Assembly: GCA_965232015.1 (NCBI GenBank)
Contig: OZ246946.1
Coordinates: 245,562-309,561 of the forward strand
Direction of reading: 5' to 3'
Source: Vicinamibacteria bacterium
GTDB lineage: Bacteria > Acidobacteriota > Vicinamibacteria > Marinacidobacterales > Marinacidobacteraceae
Length of the DNA: 64,000 nucleotides
Below, piece after piece: positions 56,880-64,000 of the stretch. Position numbers and translations under genes: made by a program. The notes below the pieces were generated by a model. That model saw only the letters and a list, made by a program, of their open reading frames with translations. It searched no databases and was not told the DNA's origin. How positions within the stretch are numbered: the first letter of the stretch is position 1; every line of letters begins with the position of its first letter.

Positions 56880-59447
56880 ATGAAGTCGCTCACAGGCAAG
56901 TTTTCGTCCGTCCGCGGATGGGCTTTGCTGCTGATCCTGTTCCTCGGCGCGGGCCTCATGATGGCGGCCTGCGGGGATGACGAACCGGCGACCACTCCGG
57001 TGCCGGCTCCGGCCCCCGAGCCCGAGCCCGAGCCCGAGCCCGATCCGCCGGCTGTGCCGACTGGCCTCCGCATCGCCGCCATCGGTCAGGACTTCATCGA
57101 GTGGATCTGGACGCCGGTGGGGAACGTGAGCGGCTACGACGTGCAATACAGCGTCAACGAGGTGTTCACCGACGAGGACGAGATCATCGCCCGGACGGCC
57201 GAGCAGGTCACCTACCGCCGGGAGGGCCTCGAACCGGAGGCTAGCGGGTCGGTGCGGGTGCGGTCCGCCGCCGGAACCGGCGACGATCGGATCACGAGCG
57301 GCTGGTCCACCCACGTGACCGGGATGGCGATGGCCGTTCCGGTGGCGCCCCCGACTCCGACCGGCCTCGCGGTTTCGGCGACGGAGACTTCGATCACCTG
57401 GACCTGGACCGCCGCCCCGGGAGCGGAGGGCTACGTGGTGCAGATCAGCGAGGATGAGGTGTTCGAGACGATGTTCGAGGGGGCGGACCACTACGCGGTG
57501 ACCCGCGAGACGTCCCACACGATCGCCGGGCTGGAGGCGGAGACGACCCGGTATGCGCGGGTGGCGGCCGGGGTGCTGACGGGCGCGGTTCCTTCGCTGG
57601 ATCCGGGCGACTACCTGCTCAGCGCGTGGACGATCCACGCGACGGGGATGACGGAGGCGGCGGCGCCGGAGAGGCCGCCAGCCCCGGCGAACGTGCGGCT
57701 GAGGATGCGGGGCTCCGACTACCTCGAGTGGACGTGGGACGCGGTCGAGGGGGCGAGCGGCTACCAGAGCCAGTTCAGCGCCAGTTCGACCTTCCCGAGC
57801 GGGCAGGCGGGCAGCGAGATCCACCAGGGGATGGCCAGCACCACCCGCCGGGTCGCGAACCTGGACGCGGAATCGGACGGCCACCTCCGGGTGCGGACTT
57901 ACACGGGGACTCTGACCGAGCCGACCTACGGGGACTGGAGCGACGGCCATCGGGCGACGACCGCCGAGCCGCCGCCAGCGGTGGCGCTCGACGCTCCCGA
58001 GGGCCTGCGGGGCTCGGCCGAGACTGCGACTTCGATCACGCTCACGTGGGACGAGGTGGACGATGCCGACGCCTACGAGGTGCGGCAGCGGGAGCCTGGC
58101 GGCGCGTGGTCTGACGCGAGCTGCGGATCGGCGACCGCGGACAACGAGGTTGCCGACGAGGAATGCGTCGCGAGCGGCCTGGACTCGGGCACCGACTACG
58201 ACTTCGGGGTTCGGGCGCTCCCGGCGAACAACGACAGGGCGCACAACGCCAGCACGTGGAGCGACACGCTGGAGTCGAGCACGACCGGCACCTCCACCAC
58301 GACCCCACCCCCAACCACCTCCGGCGGCGAGAGCGGACCGCTCAACATCAGTTGGGACAGCAGCGGCGGAACGATCACCTGGTATTGGGACCAGGCCGCA
58401 GACCGAACCTCCGACTACGAGAGATGGAAGTCTGCAGCGTCTGCGGACGGCGTGGATGCCGCCATAAAGTGTCCCGCAGCCAGCGCCGCCGTTTGGGCCG
58501 CCGGCGGCGGGACTCGCACCCTGGACGGAGACACGCGGGAGCCCCAGGAGGCTGCCACGCCTGGCAGCGCGTACCTCCTGTGCGTTCGGTCCGTCAAGGA
58601 AAACACGCGGAGCGCGGTCTCCTACGCCTGGGCGATCGTCCCTACCGACATCACGGGCGGCGAGCCCAGCGCAGAATCCAGACAGGTGACGACCGCCATC
58701 AGCTTTGGCATCACTCTCGATCCGGGCTTCACCTACCAGCTTCGCCGCGTTTCCACGAGCGTCAACGACGATACCTTCGACGCGCGCGACTGCAGCGGTG
58801 GCACGGCGCTCCGCGATGAGGTCAGCGATTTCCCGAGTCTCCCACTGGGGTCCTACGAGGTGGGAGCCCTGTCTCCATACACTCGCTATGGGCTGTGCTA
58901 TCGCGCCACAAACGACGCCGGCGCCTCGGAGTGGCAGTTCACGGAGAACGGCGTCCTGACTCTTCCTGGCCGGCCGAGCGCACCTGTCGCGGCGGTCAGT
59001 TCCATCGCGCATGATGCGACGTCCCGCGATGCCGTGTGGAACGTGGCGACTAGCGGAAACGCCCGGGTGCCGCGGGCTCACGAGGCATACGACGTCAAAG
59101 TGATCTCGATGCGCTCAGCCAACCCCTACGTCAGCGGTGACACCGGCCCGAGGAGCCCTGACCTGTCGCTAGCGGATTGTGAAGCCACCTCGGCGCGCAC
59201 GAATACGACATCCGAAGACGTTGCGCCGGGAGATCGGAGCAACAATCAGAGGGGATTCACCGTGACACACGATGTGGAGGGGCCCGCAACGCCAACGGCA
59301 GAGGAGCCGAACATGGACCAGGACTACCGGGTCTGCGTTCGCGCTCACCTGGGCGGCGGCACGCACCAGGGGGCCGCCGACGCGCGAAAGGGCCCGTGGG
59401 TCCTTGGTTCGCTCGTCGTGAAGAGGGACGCTCCTGCGTCGAACTAG
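56880..59447 (+). CDS. secreted lipoprotein with (PE)n linker and about six FN3-like domains; paralog of 53297..55900
   Basis: MKSLTGKFSSVRGWALLLILFLGAGLMMAAC lipobox. RBS GGGAGG. Repeated PTGL...SITWTW... FN3 modules. Confidence 0.7.
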   Translation: MKSLTGKFSSVRGWALLLILFLGAGLMMAACGDDEPATTPVPAPAPEPEPEPEPDPPAVPTGLRIAAIGQDFIEWIWTPVGNVSGYDVQYSVNEVFTDEDEIIARTAEQVTYRREGLEPEASGSVRVRSAAGTGDDRITSGWSTHVTGMAMAVPVAPPTPTGLAVSATETSITWTWTAAPGAEGYVVQISEDEVFETMFEGADHYAVTRETSHTIAGLEAETTRYARVAAGVLTGAVPSLDPGDYLLSAWTIHATGMTEAAAPERPPAPANVRLRMRGSDYLEWTWDAVEGASGYQSQFSASSTFPSGQAGSEIHQGMASTTRRVANLDAESDGHLRVRTYTGTLTEPTYGDWSDGHRATTAEPPPAVALDAPEGLRGSAETATSITLTWDEVDDADAYEVRQREPGGAWSDASCGSATADNEVADEECVASGLDSGTDYDFGVRALPANNDRAHNASTWSDTLESSTTGTSTTTPPPTTSGGESGPLNISWDSSGGTITWYWDQAADRTSDYERWKSAASADGVDAAIKCPAASAAVWAAGGGTRTLDGDTREPQEAATPGSAYLLCVRSVKENTRSAVSYAWAIVPTDITGGEPSAESRQVTTAISFGITLDPGFTYQLRRVSTSVNDDTFDARDCSGGTALRDEVSDFPSLPLGSYEVGALSPYTRYGLCYRATNDAGASEWQFTENGVLTLPGRPSAPVAAVSSIAHDATSRDAVWNVATSGNARVPRAHEAYDVKVISMRSANPYVSGDTGPRSPDLSLADCEATSARTNTTSEDVAPGDRSNNQRGFTVTHDVEGPATPTAEEPNMDQDYRVCVRAHLGGGTHQGAADARKGPWVLGSLVVKRDAPASN

Positions 59448-59689
59448 CCCTTCTCGTCCGGCCCTGGGTCGTCCCCGGGGCCGGCGTCATGAACCCGGCG
59501 TCGCTCGGCGCCGGGTTCTCGCTTGTACGGCGTGATCGCTCACGCCACCCGATCGCGGCCCGCGATCAGCGTGCGTCGCCCACCTCCTACGGGACTCTCC
59601 GCGCCGAGAGTTGGCGAGACTCTCCGGGCGCCCTGCTCATCGCGGTCATCCTGACCGTCGCTGCCGGTCGCGAGGGTGAGTACAAACAA

Positions 59690-59719
59690 GACCCGGCGCG
59701 TCTTCGGACGCGCCGGGTC
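59690..59719 (-). terminator. strong intrinsic-terminator hairpin GACCCGGCGCGTC-TTCG-GACGCGCCGGGTC with U-tract (TTGTTTGT) on the minus strand; usable by both convergent genes
   Basis: 13-bp perfect stem, tetraloop, and a T-rich tail in the minus-strand reading direction. Confidence 0.5.
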
Positions 59720-60143
59720 TTCGCATGTACGGGCTGCACGGCGACGGGGTCAAGGCGATTCGAAGAGGCGGCGCTCTCCGGGTCGTGAGGAAACGCGGTT
59801 CCGCCTGTTTCCGGTCGGAAACAGTGGGGACGGCGGGGCCTGTACAACGACCGAGTCCGCGACCCACTGCGCCCTGTTCCCCGCGGTCGGTTCCTGGATG
59901 CCTCAGCCGCGTCTCGCGCTGATCGTGCCCGGTGCCTAATCGCCGGAACCCGCCGGCGCCACCTCCACATGCGTACGCCCCAGCGCGTCCCCGTTTGCCC
60001 AGTCCAGGAAGTCGAAGCTCGGGCGGGATCCCGAAGCGGCCGGAACTCAAGCCGCAAGGCTACTCCCGCCCGTGGCGACGCACCTACCCTAGGCACGGGG
60101 GGGCGGCCGAAGCCGCCCCCGCTACCAGTCCTGTTGATGACAG

Positions 60144-62435
60144 CTACTCGGTCTTCTGTCTGATTTCCGAAGAGTCGCTGATGACCCAAGGACCGGCGCG
60201 CCAACCGCCTTCAGCCTTTACTCGAACACACAGCTGCACCCTCCGGTCGTCAAGGTCCGGATCGTCAAGCTCAGGGCGTGCGAATTCGCCGGACTCGACT
60301 GTGATTCCTTGCGGGTTGTCCGTCGCAGAAATCAGGGCGCTCTCGCTCGGGTCGAATCCCGGAGTGCTAAGGGTACCCGCGCTGCACGCAGCCTGTACAT
60401 CCCTGGAGGGAACGCTCGTAACAGTCCTGAGTGCGGTACCGGTATCGCTGTCGTGATCGTACTTTTCGCGATAGCTGAGAGTTCTCGCGTCGAACTCAGC
60501 GCCATTCCTCGGGACATCCCGCCTACTGCGGACGGGCAGCGTCCACACTACCTTGCTCGCGGTGTCGTGATCCAGTGTCGTTCTCGAACTGTCCACGACA
60601 GGCCTCGGCGGGGCGGCTGGAAGAGTAGTGACCTGGCCTGTAGTTGCCACCCACGATGTCTGCCCTTTGGCGTTGTGGTACCGCATGCAGAGGGAGTACC
60701 TCGTGAAAGATTGAAGACCTTGGCTGAAGGGGACGTCAACATCTACCAGTGGGACGTCTGTGTCGCCCTGAGCAACGACCGCTCCCGAGGCACACGCACT
60801 CCCCAACTCGCTCGCACTTGCCGGGACGTTGTCGCGTCCGGGTGTGGCTATCGTGCGGAGGTCATAGTTGAAACCGCCCGCGATATTCGCAACAGTCCAT
60901 TGAACCGATGTGGTTCGACTTCCGTCCTCCCGGTCAGTGAAGGTGCCGGCAGCGGGGAGGGCCGGAGTCGTAATCGCCCACGCGAACGAAACATCATCCT
61001 CTTCGTCGTGTGGCCTCACGCACAGCAAACGAGTGTTTCCCGGCTCCAAACTCAGGCTAGTCAAAGTGTGAGAGGTCTGTGCGGAGTTGTATCCGGCCGT
61101 GTTGGCGTCTGCTGGCCAGGTCACCGCGGTACCGGTACAGGGGTTTGAGGAGTCGCTATAGGTGGTTGCAGTAGAGACTACGAAGTCATACCGCCCCTCT
61201 CCAACACGATCCCAGATCCAAGTGATGCTAGTGGCCGTACTCTCCCAACGGACGTTCAGGTTTCCGGAGCCGCCGCCGGTGGTCGGGGGTGGAGTGGTCG
61301 TGGAGGTGCCGGTGGTGCGCGACTCCAGCGTGTCGCTCCACGCGCTGGCGTTGTGCGCCCTGTCGTTGTTCGCCGGGAGCGCCCGAACCCCGAAGTCGTA
61401 GTCGGTGCCCGAGTCCAGGCCGCTGGCCACGCATTCCTCGTCGGCAACCTCGTTGTCCGCGGTCGCCGATCCGCAGCTCGCGTCAGACCACGCGCCGCCA
61501 GGCTCCCGCTGCCGCACCTCGTAGGTGTCGGCATCGTCCACCTCGTCCCAGGTGAGCGTGATCGAAGTCGCAGTCTCGGCGGAGCCCCGCAGTCCCTCGG
61601 GAGCACCGAGCGCCACCGCTGGCGGCGGCTCGGCGGTCGTCGCCCGATGGCCGTCGCTCCAGTCCCCGTAGGTCGGCTCGGTCAGAGTCCCCGTGTAAGT
61701 CCGCACCCGGAGGTGGCCCTCCGATTCCGCGTCCAGGTTCGCGACCCGGCGGGTGGTGCTGGCCATCCCCTGGTGGATCTCGCTGCCCGCCTGCCCGCTC
61801 GGGAAGGTCGAACTGGCGCTGAACTGGCTCTGGTAGCCGCTCGCCCCCTCGACCGCGTCCCACGTCCACTCGAGGAAGTCGGAGCCCCGCGTCCTCAGCC
61901 GGACGTTCGCCGGGGCTGGCGGCCTCTCCGGCGCCGCCGCCTCCGTCATCCCCGTCGCGTGGATCGTCCACGCGCTGAGCAGGTAGTCGCCCGGATCCAG
62001 CGAAGGAACCGCGCCCGTCAGCACCCCGGCCGCCACCCGCGCATACCGGGTCGTCTCCGCCTCCAGCCCGGCGATCGTGTGGGACGTCTCGCGGGTCACC
62101 GCGTAGTGGTCCGCCCCCTCGAACATCGTCTCGAACACCTCATCTTCGCTGATCTGCACCACGTAGCCCTGCGCTCCCGGGGCCGCGGTCCAGGTCCAGG
62201 TGATCGAAGTCTCCGTCGCCGAGACCGCGAGGCCGGTGGGAGTCGGGGGCGCCACCGGAACGGCCATCGCCATCCCGGTCACATGGGTGGACCAGTCGCT
62301 CGTGATCCGATCGTCGTCGGTTCCGGCGGCGGACCGCACCCGCACCGACCCGCTAGCCTCCGGTTCGAGGCCCTCCCGGCGGTAGGTGACCTGCTCGGCC
62401 GTCCGGGCGATGATCTCGTCCTCGTCGGTGAACAC
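60144..62435 (-). pseudogene. 5'-truncated inverted paralog of the FN3 lipoprotein at 56880..59447 (no signal peptide, lacks first FN3); break-point at a REP element
   Basis: The first 480 residues are near-identical at the DNA level to 57135-58315. Homology ends exactly at the REP unit at 62468. The remaining C-terminus is divergent but FN3-like. Only a GTG start and no signal peptide. Confidence 0.55.
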
Positions 62436-62467
62436 CTCGTTGACGCTGTATTGCGGCCAGCGCGCCT

Positions 62468-62500
62468 CTGCCGGCGCGCCGGACTCCAGTCCGGCAATTC
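62468..62500. repeat. REP-like unit at the duplication break-point
   Basis: CTGCCGGCGCGCCGGACTCCAGTCCGGCAATTC. Confidence 0.8.
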
Positions 62501-62594
62501 ACCAAGGCAATGCGGGTCGCGGCCCCGCTCTGGAGAACCCCACCGGGAGCGCCTTCGGCCGGTGTCGGCCATCAGGAACGGGCGCCCGATGCGG

Positions 62595-63193
62595 CTATGC
62601 CGGCCAGCCCATCTCGTCGAAACCGGACCGCAGCTCATCAAGGCTCTCGTCCACTGTCCGGACATGGGCGTTCACGTGCTCCGCGTCGTCGAGCGCCGGG
62701 CCGCAGGCAACCGCCGCGGCGGTATTCAGCCCCAAGTCGCCCCACCAGACCCCCGTGGCCTTCTCGAGCATCGGACTGGATCCGAGCACGTAGCCGAGCC
62801 GCAGCCTCGCCATCCCGTAGCCTTGGCGAAGGTGCGAGCGACGATCACCGGGCCGTCCGCCACCGCGAGGGACACGGCGTCCTCTCTTTCGTCCCGGAAC
62901 TCGCCGTAGGCCTCATCCACGATCAGGATCCCGCCGCAGGAGAACCGCTCGGCCACAGAGACGATGTCGGCGCGCGAGACCGGGGCGCCGGTGGGGTTGT
63001 TCGGGTTCGCCAGATACACGATCCGGGTGTCGCGACGGATCGCCTGACGCATCGCCACGACATTGAGCGTCCCTTCGGGGCCCATCGGAGCGCGGATCAC
63101 TTCCGCGCCGATCGCCTCCGCGAGGCCGCCCCACCAGCCGCAGGTGGTTTCGCGGAGCACGACGCTCGTAGCTCCCGGCTCGCCCGTACACAC
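62595..63193 (-). pseudogene. class I/II aminotransferase (HisC-like) remnant: 5'-truncated and carrying a 1-nt frameshift
   Basis: Frame A gives VYLANPNNPTGAPVSRADIVSVAERFSCGGILIVDEAYGEF...VARTFAKATG. Frame B continues MARLRLGYVLGS. Removing one nt restores the consensus RTFAKATGMARLRLGY. The N-terminal about 100 aa are absent. Confidence 0.6.
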
Positions 63194-63282
63194 TCTTGAA
63201 ACATCCGGGAGTCCCGACTAGCATCACGCTACCCTTTCGTTCTCGCGGCCGAGTCGCTTCTCACCACTGCTCGGAGTGCTCC

Positions 63283-63744
63283 ATGACAGCAGACACCCCG
63301 TTCTTCATTGACGGCAAGCCCCATGGGTTTGAGCGCCAACTGAGCGTGTCTAAGCTTCTCGACATGGCTGGACAATCCACTCGCGCCGCCGTTCTGGTCA
63401 CTGAGGACGGAACGGAGCACGAAAATCCCGACGAGCTGATCACGATCGCGCCACGTGAGCACTTTCAGACCAAGATGCGCGACGCGTGTCAAGAGCCTGC
63501 TGACCCTTCAATCCGTTACGCTGTGAACGGCGAGGCGAACTCCACGACCGAGAATCCGATATCGCTCCGGTCCATCCTGCAAAACGCCGGAGTCGGAGCC
63601 GCGATCGACCTCTCAGACCTGGACAGCTATTACCTGGAGAACACGGTGGATGGTCGCAAGTACGAGCACCTCGACGATCTGGTCACGGTCTCAGGCGGGG
63701 ACAATTTCCTCGCGATCCACGTTGGCAGCACACCCGTAGCGTGA
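63283..63744 (+). CDS. multiubiquitin-domain protein (tandem beta-grasp, PF14452-like)
   Basis: Two ubiquitin-like repeats: FFIDGKPHGFERQLSVSKLLDMAGQ...ITIAP and IRYAVNGEANSTTENPISLRSILQNAGVGAAIDLSDL...VTVSGGDNFLAIHVGS. About 58% GC. Confidence 0.55.
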   Translation: MTADTPFFIDGKPHGFERQLSVSKLLDMAGQSTRAAVLVTEDGTEHENPDELITIAPREHFQTKMRDACQEPADPSIRYAVNGEANSTTENPISLRSILQNAGVGAAIDLSDLDSYYLENTVDGRKYEHLDDLVTVSGGDNFLAIHVGSTPVA

Positions 63745-63750
63745 ACTCCA

Positions 63751-64000
63751 GTGCTCGAAACAATCTGCGACGAGTTGCGGGATATCGGGCTTGCACCGAG
63801 GATCGTCGAGTTCCCGGGTTTTTCGCACTCGAGTCGCGCCGTCATCTTTGATGTGGAGGTGCAGCACGGCCGTTACAAGGGGGCGATCCTGGCGATCGCT
63901 GTGAGCTTTCAAGAGGACGCATATCCCGAATACCCACCGCACTTCGTGCACTTCAAGTCGTCCATTGACACGAAGTTCAGGGAGCACACCACGCACGTCT
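63751..64000 (+). CDS. prokaryotic E2 (ubiquitin-conjugating enzyme-like) protein, N-terminal part; continues beyond the window
   Basis: GTG start 6 nt after the multiubiquitin stop. VLETICDELRDIGLAPRIVEFPGFSHSSRAVIFDVEVQHGRYKGAILAIAVSFQEDAYPEYPPHFVHF has the UBC-like YP-x-x-PP-x-F signature. Confidence 0.5.
   Translation, partial: MLETICDELRDIGLAPRIVEFPGFSHSSRAVIFDVEVQHGRYKGAILAIAVSFQEDAYPEYPPHFVHFKSSIDTKFREHTTHV

Noticed and set aside
55980-56880. search for RNase P RNA, tmRNA, 6S or SRP RNA in the 1-kb ORF-free spacer
   Set aside because: No P4-type GGAAAGTCCGG motif, no tRNA-like acceptor/T-arm, no tmRNA tag-reading frame. The GC-rich body looks like decayed or non-coding DNA, not a recognisable structured RNA.

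Overview
This is a roughly 70% GC bacterial chromosomal segment. Composition and gene content (TIGR03436 VWA, DUF5916/CBM9, DUF5107, Dyp peroxidase) point to a Gemmatimonadota/Acidobacteria-like organism; that placement is an inference. Housekeeping genes (metB-like partial, glycerate kinase, ggt, proS, folC, accD, gatB, coaX, acnA, fadD-like, two tRNAs) are interspersed with repeats and accessory islands.

Repeats:
- One abundant REP-like hairpin family with core GCGCCGGACTCCAGTCCGGCAATT, clustered at nine intergenic loci.
- A second motif, CCCACCGGGAGAACTGG.
- Two 216-bp MITE-like elements with terminal inverted repeats.

Accessory content, mostly lower GC than the backbone:
1. VapBC + DUF4143 AAA ATPase + EEP nuclease.
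2. An island between accD and fadD carrying RNA ligase / PIN / OLD-like ABC ATPase / DNA methyltransferase, followed by a 2.3 kb segment bounded by 20-bp direct repeats that holds gene remnants, a second PIN toxin and a large unknown partner.
3. A two-gene module: a small protein plus a 930-aa double P-loop protein (ParA-like domain with Lys-to-Arg Walker A, then a NACHT/STAND-like NTPase), flanked by REP clusters.
4. Three paralogous lipoproteins with PE-linkers and FN3 repeats, including a near-identical inverted partial duplicate truncated at a REP.
5. At the right edge, a frameshifted and truncated aminotransferase remnant next to multiubiquitin and E2-like genes, the start of a ubiquitin-like conjugation island that continues past the window.

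Many long ORFs in the six-frame track are GC-driven antisense artefacts and were rejected.
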